A DNA stretch of 63,870 nt, the filler included, from Barthelona sp. PAP020 (Eukaryota), in NCBI GenBank assembly GCA_040182905.1. It is 3 parts of 3 records of this genome, joined end to end, with 100 filler letters (N's around TTAATTAATTAA, not from the genome) between each part and the next. Parts side by side here need not be neighbours in the genome. Positions count along the whole stretch, not along the records: positions 1 to 22,178 come from JARQWU010000177.1; 2 more parts are not named here. One strand, written 5' to 3'. The position numbers and the translations under genes were made by a program. Under the pieces are notes generated by a model. That model was not told the DNA's origin, did no database searches, and saw only the letters and a program-made list of their open reading frames with translations. How positions within the stretch are numbered: position 1 is the stretch's first letter; the number at the start of each line of letters is the position of its first letter. Shown piece after piece: positions 11,003 to 20,063 of this stretch.

Positions 11003-12415
11003 TTATTTTTGATGCAAGAAAATGAAATACAGCTCAAACAAAAATACTCCAAACAACCCTGTGAGGGCAAAAATCATTCTGTTACTATCATTTTGAGAAC
11101 TTTGTTCACAAATTCCGAAAACTGAAGGATCTGTGATTGGATTCAAACATGTTAGTTCGGGATAATTTGGAGCTAAAGTTAAATCAATAAAATCAATGGA
11201 AAATATCCCAAAAACGCCATTATTTGGATCTTCAATTGTTCTAGTTAATGTTGTCACATAACCCAAACCTCTAATATCCTTGTAAGGTGTTGACCACACA
11301 GCTTTCTTGTCTAAATTTCGTACATCGTTCAATAACGCCTCATTTATGGCAATTGTGAGTCCATCAATATCAGAATTGTGATACGACCCTCTAAATTCAC
11401 AAGCGATATTCTTCAACCAATCACCGGACTCCTCACCAATATTAAAAGCATGAATAGTTAAATTCAGATCTGAAACTTGAGGTTTGATGGTATTTATAAT
11501 ATCTTTTGGATGGTTGTTATCCCAACCATTGGAAATTAAAAGAATAACATCCTGACAAAAAGTTGATTTTCCAACAGCTTTTGATTTTTTAAGTAAATTG
11601 ACAGCTTCTTCCAACCCAAGAATGGTATTTGCGATATTTTCAAATTTTATGGCTTGAACTTTCTCATTCCATACTTTTTTGAGCTCCAAAGTGGGATTTT
11701 CTAAATAATCACCCCATAAAACTACTTTTTCATCAAATGCTATTATTGACACGTAATCATCTTTGTCTAGAGTTTCTAATAGTTGACTAATAATTTTTAC
11801 AAGCTTTTCTTCACTAGTTTTGGAACGAATTTTTTGGGATACATCCAATAAAATTATGAAATCTTTGTTCCCTATGACAGATTTACGCAACCAAGGTCGT
11901 GATACTGGATTCCAAACAGTGCAAGGGACAGAAAAATTCATACAATCTCCAATAACATAATCTATTGGAGGGAATTGGACGCTTCCGGGATAAAAAAAAG
12001 TTGTTCCATCAAAAAATACTGCATATACCCAACCAATGAAATCAGAATACTGAGAATGAATTGTCTTTAAGTCATTAGTAACAGCCGCAAGAGCATTTTT
12101 CAAACTGTTGTCAGGTCCTTGAACGGAGATATGTTCATAATCCAACTTGCTACCATGTAAGGAGCATTCACAACTGGTCATATTTGGATACTGTGAAAAC
12201 TGTGAAGAACAAGGAATTTTTGAATTGTCAGAGATAGAGCATTGGTCAATTGTATAATCGTTGTTGATATATTCTTTTGGATTCAAATAAATTTTTCCAA
12301 GTTTTTCAATCACAAACTTTGTGTTTTCTTCAATTTCAACAGTAACATTCAATGAACACCAAGAAATCTTAAACAAATTGAATAATATAATGTATAATAA
12401 AAATCGTGATATCAT
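11003..12415 (-). CDS. alpha2delta/CACHD1-like Cache+VWA surface protein, 470 aa
   Basis: Signal peptide; G..FFYPG and WNPVSRPW (Cache N-half); KDFIILLDVS...ILLISNG (VWA); VWSTPYKDIRGLGYVTTL...FGIFSID (Cache C-half); C-terminal hydrophobic anchor. Confidence 0.8.
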   Translation of the reverse strand: MISRFLLYIILFNLFKISWCSLNVTVEIEENTKFVIEKLGKIYLNPKEYINNDYTIDQCSISDNSKIPCSSQFSQYPNMTSCECSLHGSKLDYEHISVQGPDNSLKNALAAVTNDLKTIHSQYSDFIGWVYAVFFDGTTFFYPGSVQFPPIDYVIGDCMNFSVPCTVWNPVSRPWLRKSVIGNKDFIILLDVSQKIRSKTSEEKLVKIISQLLETLDKDDYVSIIAFDEKVVLWGDYLENPTLELKKVWNEKVQAIKFENIANTILGLEEAVNLLKKSKAVGKSTFCQDVILLISNGWDNNHPKDIINTIKPQVSDLNLTIHAFNIGEESGDWLKNIACEFRGSYHNSDIDGLTIAINEALLNDVRNLDKKAVWSTPYKDIRGLGYVTTLTRTIEDPNNGVFGIFSIDFIDLTLAPNYPELTCLNPITDPSVFGICEQSSQNDSNRMIFALTGLFGVFLFELYFIFLHQK

Positions 12416-12840
12416 TCATGTCAAATATGCACATGCATAACAAAAATTATCGAAAAAGAATCAGTTTAATTTATTTTCCTGTCAAACCAAAGTTTAAACA
12501 ATTAATTCACTATATTACTGGTTAAAAATTGACTATTGAATGTTTGTTGCAATTTATACAAATTTAAAAAGCTTGATTGTCGTTTGTTCTTATTTTTATT
12601 AGTACTTTTAAATCTTTGAACAATTAATTCAATGAAAATCAGAAGAATATGACAAAATAAATAACATTAACAATTTTATTTTATTATTCATATACATTTG
12701 TATACATATATTCGTTTTCAATATATAATGATAGATAAATGTGCATAAATACACAACAATTGTTCAATATTGAATTTTGCCAAAAGAGAATTTCTGATAC
12801 TCAAGAAAACAAAACAAATGACTCAAAAAGTGAAAGCATT

Positions 12841-13431
12841 TCATGTGGATTCTTTTCTTTTAATAACATTTTTAACATCACGAATAAGACCAGAAGATTT
12901 ATGCCCAAAGTTTCTGACATTTAATTTTAGATGATACGAAAACGCTTTTGTATTATCTCCTAATTTTGGCAAATGATAAATTTGCAATGAAGCAGTTTCG
13001 ATTATTTTGAACAGAAGATTCTTGACATTTTCAATAAAATCAAAATATAAATTGGAATAGAACTCTTCTGTAACAATTTCAAAGCTAAAATTCCATTCTT
13101 CAAACTTGGAAATGTTGGGAGAACGAAATAAACGAGGTTTTATTTCACATAGGGAAATGCAAGTTTGAAATGTGTTATTCATTGGATCATGATTAAATGT
13201 TGATGAAATTGAGTGTACTAATTGACTAATTTGAGTTTCAATCAATTGAAGAGTTTTCAAATCTGATATTTTTACATAAGTTAATAAATCAGAATCGAAT
13301 ATTGCAGTTGTCGGTGTCACAAGTCCTGAACTTCGAATGAAAATGATTGAATGAACAATACATTCAATAACTTTTGATAAATTCTTTAAATCTATTTGTA
13401 ATAAGGGAAAATTAGCTTGATGATAGTTCAT
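12841..13431 (-). CDS. ATG101: Autophagy protein ATG101 (HORMA domain), 196 aa
   Basis: VIECIVHSIIFIRSSGLVTP...LTYVKISD...FEEW...HLP...FSY matches the ATG101 pattern; typical size. Confidence 0.75.
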   Translation of the reverse strand: MNYHQANFPLLQIDLKNLSKVIECIVHSIIFIRSSGLVTPTTAIFDSDLLTYVKISDLKTLQLIETQISQLVHSISSTFNHDPMNNTFQTCISLCEIKPRLFRSPNISKFEEWNFSFEIVTEEFYSNLYFDFIENVKNLLFKIIETASLQIYHLPKLGDNTKAFSYHLKLNVRNFGHKSSGLIRDVKNVIKRKEST

Positions 13432-13528
13432 TCATTGAATTTTTAGAAAAAAAATTAAAAAAAAAATAATGACTTCACACTTTGATAGTTTGTCATTGGA
13501 ATTATTTTGCATATGAAATGATTGTAGG

Positions 13529-16500
13529 ATGAAAACATTAGTATTTGTATTTGCTTTTATTGCGATTTTTATTACTTGCTTGGGTGTACAGGATTTTCCC
13601 AAAGTTTTAGTTATTTCTTCATATGGAATTGCATATCATCGGGCCAATTATATGATTTCTATTATTACGTCTGCTTTTTCTGAGCGTCCTGATATTATTA
13701 CCGATTATGAATTTTTATTATATTCAACTCGATTATTGGAGTTGGAATCAGCATCAGACATAAAGTATGAACAGGTTTCACACTTTAAATATATTGATGC
13801 TGAATATATTTTGACTGTTGGAGAGGTTGCAATGAATTTTGTATTGAATTTTCACGATTCATTGTTCAGTTCTCTTAAAGGAGCAGTATATGTTGAATCT
13901 TCTGATGTTAAAACCACATTACCTTCCTGGATAACAGGGGTTAATGTGATATACGATTTTGAAGCTATTGTGAGTTTAATTAAACAAATTATGCCTAATT
14001 GCAAAAAATTGCATGTTATCTATGATATCACACTTTATAATTACAGTGAAATAATTGCATCCATAAATAAGTATTCCAGTTTTGAGGTTGAATTTTACAA
14101 TTCTTTAGACACTACACTGTCTGAGTTAATTAAAATGCTTTCTGTGTATAATAGTGTTTCCAATGCTGTTTTATTACTTCGATACAGATTTGACAAAGAA
14201 AAAGTGCTTGTTTTTCAAGAAGGTGTTCGAGTTCTGATAGACAATGTTTTTTTACCTATATTTTGTGTTCATGAAGATTTGTTAGTTTCTGGAGTTATTG
14301 GTGGTTTAATTGAGCCAATGGAATTAAATATTGAAACTGGAATAGATGTGTTGATACAAGGATTTGGAAAAAGTACAATTTTTTCAAATAATGCTTTGAA
14401 TACAACACTTGAATTGATTTTGAATTATGAAGAGTTGTCAAGATTTGATTTATTGGCAAATGTACCACAAAACGCTAAGTTTATCAACTCTCCTCATTTT
14501 ATTTTTGAAAAGTATTTTCAATCCATCGTTTTCATATTAATTTTGATCTTAGTTCAAAGTTTTTTTACCATTATGATTTGTACAAACATTTCAAAAAGAA
14601 CCTTTGCTGAAAATAATTTGAATTCTCAAAGAGATGTTTTTTGTTCAGTTTTAGATTCTATTCCTCTTGCTTTGAGAATAACAGATACCTTTACTCAGGA
14701 AGAACTGTATAAAAATTTGCAAACATCAACTTTAGTTAATAATCATCTTTCTTTTAGCAAAAATAATTCTCAAACTGACTTTGTGAAGTCTATTGATGAT
14801 GATTTTGACCTTTTGGTTGGAAGTTTAAAAACCTTTTCACCTTTTGAAGATGACAACAACGAAACAAATGAAATTTATTGCAGTTTATTTGATAGATGGT
14901 ATAAAGTGCAAAACGTAAAAATTCGTTGGATGGATAAAAGATGGGCAAAATTGACAATACTTACTGATATCACCACAGAAAAAGGAGTTTGGTCTGAAAA
15001 AGAAGAACGAGAAAATAGAGTAATTTCACTGTTGGATCGCATGTGTGAAAGTGTGATTGCTGTGGATTGTTTGGGAATGGTGACACATATTAACCCAGCT
15101 GGGGTTCAAATGTTATCAATACCAACATTTGAAGTATTGTCCAAAGAGATAGATGATTTGTTTCAGTTGAAAGGTATTAATGATGGGAAAACTGTTCCAT
15201 TATTAGTGCATGAAGTTTTCAAAACCAAGAAACAAATCAATTCTGATCAAATTTCTTTGTTGGTCACTAAGACAGGAAGGTATATGATTTCGCAATCAGC
15301 AGCTCCTTTGTTTAATCAAAATGGACAAATAATTGGTGTTGTATTAATCTTGGTGGATCTCACACGTTTACATTTTAAACAGGTTATGGAACGTAGAGAT
15401 GAAATTATTTCTTCTATTCAGGAATCTATGAATGGACTTATTCATGATGTGAACAATTTCCTTCAAATGATGAAGGACGGAATAAACAGATTGTTTGCCT
15501 TCAGCAAAAGCTTAAACAATGAATTAAATGCAAAATGTGTTGCTGATATTGCAAGACAGTTTGACATGCATCTTTCAGCTACAGTTGGATTGTTGTATGA
15601 GTTGGGTGGTAAAGAAATTGATATTATCAGTGAGCCTATTGATATTCATGAATTGATAGAAAATATTGTGAATTATGCTGGTTTTCAGACTAAATATTCT
15701 GATTTAAAACTTTTTACCTATTTGGAGGCCGAAAACGCTGTTGTGTTGGCTAATAGTTGTTCATTACATTCAGTATTTGTAAATCTATTGGTAAACGCAG
15801 CAGATGCAATGAATGGTAATGGTAGCGTTTGTTTCTCAACAAAAATAGAAACAAATGAAGCTAATGTTATGGACGGATATGATCAAAATGGAGTTTTAGT
15901 TATATATATAGATGATGACGGTCCAGGAATAGATCCCAAACTAGCAGGAAGATTATTTCAACCTTATGTATCAACGAAAACAAATGGTGGTGGTTTGGGT
16001 TTGTACAGGGTATCTCGTGTATTGAATTCTTATGGTGGATCAATTACAACAATGATTAAAGAAGGTCCTGGTGCACATTTTGTGATTCGTTTGCCATTAT
16101 CTGACGAAATAATTCGTATTATAGATTTTTCGGAGATTGCCTTTGACAAATCCACAAAAATTATGGTTGTTGATGATGATTTGTCTATTATCAGCATATT
16201 AAAATCTGCTTTTTCCAATTACAACAATGTTGATGTGATAGCCTTTAACAACATTAAGGAAGCCAATAGTTCTTTGTTGTCACATGAATATTCTCTGGCT
16301 ATACTTGATTTGGTAGTTGGAAACGAATCTGGCATCACCTTTGGAGAAAAGTTTCATGAAATGTTTCCAAATACCCCCGTATTATTTTCTACTGGTCATA
16401 TCAGTCTTCCAGCGGAACCAAATTTTTCCAATTTTTTGGTCTTACACAAACCTTTTGATTCAAATGAAGTTGTGCGAATGAGTTTTGATTTAATTAATGG

Positions 16501-16537
16501 TAACATTGATAAAGATTTGAACGAAATTGTGACTTGA
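13529..16537 (+). CDS. Hybrid sensor histidine kinase: signal peptide, extracellular SBP-like sensor, TM, PAS, HisKA, HATPase, REC; 1002 aa
   Basis: H-box GLIHDVNNFL (His639), N-box VNLLVNAADAM, G1 DDGPGI, F-box LFQPYVSTK, G2 GGGLGL; PAS ESVIAVDCLGMVTHINPAG...SAAPL..GQIIGVVL; receiver VVDDD...ILD(927)...STG...HKPF. Confidence 0.93.
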   Translation: MKTLVFVFAFIAIFITCLGVQDFPKVLVISSYGIAYHRANYMISIITSAFSERPDIITDYEFLLYSTRLLELESASDIKYEQVSHFKYIDAEYILTVGEVAMNFVLNFHDSLFSSLKGAVYVESSDVKTTLPSWITGVNVIYDFEAIVSLIKQIMPNCKKLHVIYDITLYNYSEIIASINKYSSFEVEFYNSLDTTLSELIKMLSVYNSVSNAVLLLRYRFDKEKVLVFQEGVRVLIDNVFLPIFCVHEDLLVSGVIGGLIEPMELNIETGIDVLIQGFGKSTIFSNNALNTTLELILNYEELSRFDLLANVPQNAKFINSPHFIFEKYFQSIVFILILILVQSFFTIMICTNISKRTFAENNLNSQRDVFCSVLDSIPLALRITDTFTQEELYKNLQTSTLVNNHLSFSKNNSQTDFVKSIDDDFDLLVGSLKTFSPFEDDNNETNEIYCSLFDRWYKVQNVKIRWMDKRWAKLTILTDITTEKGVWSEKEERENRVISLLDRMCESVIAVDCLGMVTHINPAGVQMLSIPTFEVLSKEIDDLFQLKGINDGKTVPLLVHEVFKTKKQINSDQISLLVTKTGRYMISQSAAPLFNQNGQIIGVVLILVDLTRLHFKQVMERRDEIISSIQESMNGLIHDVNNFLQMMKDGINRLFAFSKSLNNELNAKCVADIARQFDMHLSATVGLLYELGGKEIDIISEPIDIHELIENIVNYAGFQTKYSDLKLFTYLEAENAVVLANSCSLHSVFVNLLVNAADAMNGNGSVCFSTKIETNEANVMDGYDQNGVLVIYIDDDGPGIDPKLAGRLFQPYVSTKTNGGGLGLYRVSRVLNSYGGSITTMIKEGPGAHFVIRLPLSDEIIRIIDFSEIAFDKSTKIMVVDDDLSIISILKSAFSNYNNVDVIAFNNIKEANSSLLSHEYSLAILDLVVGNESGITFGEKFHEMFPNTPVLFSTGHISLPAEPNFSNFLVLHKPFDSNEVVRMSFDLINGNIDKDLNEIVT

Positions 16538-16641
16538 CGTTCATGAATAAAGTATTTTGCAGTTTTATTTTTTCTTTGTGTGAAATTTTTTCCAAAACTT
16601 CCCAAAAAAATTTATGTTCAGTTGATTGGTAAACAATTGGT

Positions 16642-16815
16642 CCTTTTCTTCATTTATTGGTGAGGTTAGTGTTCCTTCTGAGAATTATCCAGCCGTAACT
16701 CTTCAGCTTTACAGGATGGTCAATGGATAGGGATGCGCTTTGGTGTGTGTGAAATTGTTGCAGTCTGAAAAAAAGATTTTGCACACCACCTCATCAAGTA
16801 ATTATTCTAAAAAGG
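16642..16815 (+). ncRNA. Candidate structured non-coding RNA, family unassigned
   Basis: GC-elevated intergenic island with nested stems paired by eye: 16657-66/16788-97, 16669-75/16730-36, 16686-91/16724-29, 16692-96/16716-20, 16742-47/16782-87, 16642-47/16810-15. Many G-U pairs that work only on the + strand. Confidence 0.5.
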
Positions 16816-17041
16816 CACATGTATTCGTTCAAATCTTCAAAAATGTTTAAGATATCTTGCAGTTTACTTGTTAAAAGTAAAAAATCTTGAAATAGTTAAT
16901 AGCAAAATTTCATGTTCAAGTAAAAGAGAAATAATGGAGAGTTTTATAAAAAAATAATGGTCTTGCAAATAACTCCGACTTTCTTTTGTCAAGCCAAAGA
17001 TTGAAAGCAAATAAAAAAAAAAAATCAAAGATAATTTATGA

Positions 17042-17851
17042 TTAACAAAAAGCTTTGTTCAGTTTGATATCCTTCGATTTCAAATTTGAAATTTGTGTGG
17101 AAAAGGGTATGATATTATCATCAACATAAGACAAGGACAATGTATAATCTCTGCTTGTTTTATTATTTTCATTTTTTATATTTAGTTCATCGCAAATGTT
17201 ATCTAAAATTCGACCCAATATAGTTGTCTTTGAATAGAAAAAAATTTGGTTCGAAAACGTCAAATTCTCCCCTGCATGGACTTTTATGTAAAATCTTTCT
17301 CCTTTCGGAATATTGTTGTTCCCAATAATATCTGGTAAATCTCTATTACGTCTAAAAAGAGAAGATTTTTCAATTTTTTGGCCTTGTTTTGAATTTAAAG
17401 TTTTATTTTTGCAATTATGATTGTTTCTATGAGATACACAATATCTTTTTTGACATACAGAACATTTTTGAATTGAAATTCTATTGCAAGAAGGAATTTG
17501 ACATTTTGGTAAAGCTCTCTTTCTAATTGAAGGATTTGGATCAAATTGACAGTTATATTCTATATGTTGGTCAATTCTTCTTTCATATGCTTCATCAGTT
17601 TCCCCTATATGCCGAATAAAGTTGTAATGACATAATGGACATGTAAAATGAATATCGTTTGTAATGTTATTCGTTACTTGATTTATATTTGTGCTGTATA
17701 CAGGGCAATTATGATTTTCAACGGATATATGTTCGTCACAAAAATGGTTCGAACAATGTGTACATTTGTTGGGTAATATCAAGTATTTTGAACATTCATG
17801 ACAATGAAAAAACATTATTGTTTTGAGAAATCCAGATTTTTTCAAATGCAT
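17042..17851 (-). CDS. AN1-type zinc-finger protein (ZFAND1/ZFAND2-like)
   Basis: Two AN1 fingers (CxxC..FCDEH..HNC; CxxC.KRYCVSHR..HNC), a CPLC...HIEYNC finger and a ZFAND1-like ubiquitin-like tail (IPKGERFY..FFYSK..LGRILD). Start uncertain. Confidence 0.8.
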   Translation of the reverse strand: MHLKKSGFLKTIMFFHCHECSKYLILPNKCTHCSNHFCDEHISVENHNCPVYSTNINQVTNNITNDIHFTCPLCHYNFIRHIGETDEAYERRIDQHIEYNCQFDPNPSIRKRALPKCQIPSCNRISIQKCSVCQKRYCVSHRNNHNCKNKTLNSKQGQKIEKSSLFRRNRDLPDIIGNNNIPKGERFYIKVHAGENLTFSNQIFFYSKTTILGRILDNICDELNIKNENNKTSRDYTLSLSYVDDNIIPFSTQISNLKSKDIKLNKAFC

Positions 17852-18060
17852 TTCAAGTGCCTTTTCGTTTCACAATACTCTTTCTCAATTTGACAACAAT
17901 CAGATCATTCTTTGAAATGATTCGTTTATCAAATAATCTTGATTTATTAAGTTTTTTGTTTGTTCAGTTTTTGAAGTGAAAAATTTGAGACAACAAAAAT
18001 TGTATAAATATTTACAAATTCTTCATAAAATATCACGAAACAAAGTTGCCAAATTGCCCA

Positions 18061-19971
18061 TCAAAAAGTTTGAATCATTAAAAAAATCCCATTTTTAAGC
18101 AAATTTCCCTTGCAACCAGAATAAATGGTTTCATTCTTGACTGGTAATGTTGTAAAAAGAACAAATTCTTTGGACAAATAGGGTTTTGTGGTCCAAACTT
18201 GACGTACAAGATCAAGTTTGTCACCAGTAAAAGCCAAGATATGAAACCCCGAAAATATACCATGAAGAAAAATCTTCAAATCAGGGTCATCAATTTCAAA
18301 TTTCTTTTTCCACTTGGAATTTTTAAGTTTTTGAATAACCAGATTCTTTCCACTATTCATGAATTCGTTTGGACTCAATCTTGCGTCAAAAGGTTTTTCA
18401 ATAAATTGTAAATTAAAAAGATCATTTTTCAATTCATTTAACATTATGTCGTATTGAAAATCACAATTCTTTGATTTTAAATTGGCTGAGCTTTTTATTT
18501 TTTTTAAGACAGTAACTCTTTCCACAAACTTTTCAGCCAAATTTAATTCATTCCCAAGTTTAGAAATAGCTTCACTTACTGTTAAATTAATAAGAGATCT
18601 ACCATTCATTTGAAAGTACTGTGAAGTTTCTTGAATATTGAGTGAGTGTCTTTGTTCTGTAAGGAAGTTCTTCACAAATTCCTGAACTTGATTCTTGCTC
18701 CAATTAACTATCAAAGATGTATCACGGGCTTTTGTTTCGGAAATCTTTAGTCTATCAAGAAATTGAAGAGTTCCCATCGAATGACGATCATCCGCCGCAA
18801 TAGGAGAAATCATTCCCATAAATATGGTTTTATGATTTGGATTAGTGAAACAATGTTTGAGAAGCATAGTCAACTTAGAAGTTCTGTAGGGTACACGAAC
18901 ACTTTGGCTTGTTGAACCTCGACTTCGAATACATTCTTTGAGATTCATCAATGAAGAATTAATCAAGGCTGTTTCTTTAGACGCTTCTTTATCGTGATAT
19001 AAAGAATCTGCACTTCGTTCCGAACCAGCGAGATCAACTAATGTCAAATTTCCAATTTCAATTTCATTTCTTAACATGGAAATACGTATAATGGCATGTG
19101 AACGTGAACTTCTATCATTTCTATTTGTAGATGAAGATCTTCGTTGAGACATGGACTCATCAATAACATCAAGAAACATATCAACACTTGAAATTTCAAT
19201 GGCATGCAAATTTTTGTAAAAAAGGTTGTTTGATGTTGAATCATCAAAAATTTCAACATCATTTCCAGTTATTAAATCTGAAATCTCATTTCCAAATGAT
19301 TCAATGATGGATAATTGCATTACATCAGTCGAATCAATCAATCCAAGTAAATCTGCACAAACACGTTCAATTATTCCGTCAACAGTAAAAGTCTTACCAC
19401 TTCCTGTTTGACCATAGACAATTAAAGAAAGCCCTCCATTGAATACATGCGGGATTTGTGGTCTAAATAACTCAGTATATATATTATCGTTGGAAGCAGC
19501 TTCATCAAAAGCATAATCAAGTTGATACGTAGTATTTACAATGGTTGGTTGCCATGCTGTATCAAGTTGACATCTATGCATATAAACAAGATTTTGTTTT
19601 ACTGTAACGCAATCAAACATATTATCATCTAATTCAAATTGAAAGATTGGACGCTTTCGTAAAGCAACAATAATATTACTGTTGATATCAACATTATGCT
19701 TTGGAATATCATCTTCATGCTCAAGACGAAAAGATTCAATTTTGCGAACAAAAGTTTCTTTGTGTTCTCGATGAACCTTTGAACTGTTTGAGTTTGTCAA
19801 TTTTCTTTTTTGAGTCTTCCCACTTGAAGATTTTTTGAGATTGTTCTTTAAAGAAACGACTTTTTTGGAACCACCCTTCAAACGTCTTTGTTCAGCTTCA
19901 AAGTTATTATTTCGTTGATTGATTGATTTGTTTCGAATAGAATTTGGTATGGAGTCACTTTTCTTTTTCAT
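18061..19971 (-). CDS. Kinesin-13-like motor (paralog A), 636 aa
   Basis: IIVALRKRP, YGQTGSGKT, NDRSSRSH, LVDLAGSER, INSSLMNLKECIR (KEC motif), VPYRTSKLT; SAM-like segment after the motor. Confidence 0.9.
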   Translation of the reverse strand: MKKKSDSIPNSIRNKSINQRNNNFEAEQRRLKGGSKKVVSLKNNLKKSSSGKTQKRKLTNSNSSKVHREHKETFVRKIESFRLEHEDDIPKHNVDINSNIIVALRKRPIFQFELDDNMFDCVTVKQNLVYMHRCQLDTAWQPTIVNTTYQLDYAFDEAASNDNIYTELFRPQIPHVFNGGLSLIVYGQTGSGKTFTVDGIIERVCADLLGLIDSTDVMQLSIIESFGNEISDLITGNDVEIFDDSTSNNLFYKNLHAIEISSVDMFLDVIDESMSQRRSSSTNRNDRSSRSHAIIRISMLRNEIEIGNLTLVDLAGSERSADSLYHDKEASKETALINSSLMNLKECIRSRGSTSQSVRVPYRTSKLTMLLKHCFTNPNHKTIFMGMISPIAADDRHSMGTLQFLDRLKISETKARDTSLIVNWSKNQVQEFVKNFLTEQRHSLNIQETSQYFQMNGRSLINLTVSEAISKLGNELNLAEKFVERVTVLKKIKSSANLKSKNCDFQYDIMLNELKNDLFNLQFIEKPFDARLSPNEFMNSGKNLVIQKLKNSKWKKKFEIDDPDLKIFLHGIFSGFHILAFTGDKLDLVRQVWTTKPYLSKEFVLFTTLPVKNETIYSGCKGNLLKNGIFLMIQTF

Positions 19972-20007
19972 TCTATATGGAATAAAGATGTTTGAATAAA
20001 AAATGGT

Positions 20008-20044
20008 TTGAATTTGAATTTTAAATTTGTGAGTTCAAATTCAA
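20008..20044. promoter_or_regulatory. 11-bp perfect inverted repeat in the 92-bp spacer between divergent kinesin genes
   Basis: TTGAATTTGAA (20008-18), 15-nt spacer, TTCAAATTCAA (20034-44). The regulatory role is inference. Confidence 0.4.
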
Positions 20045-20063
20045 TTTTTCAATTAATCTCATT

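Noticed and set aside
16665..16720. TPP riboswitch (CTGAGA) or hammerhead (CTGAAGA on the minus strand)
   Set aside because: No GATC..GATAATGCC.GCG pyrophosphate arm, and no GAAA after stem II.
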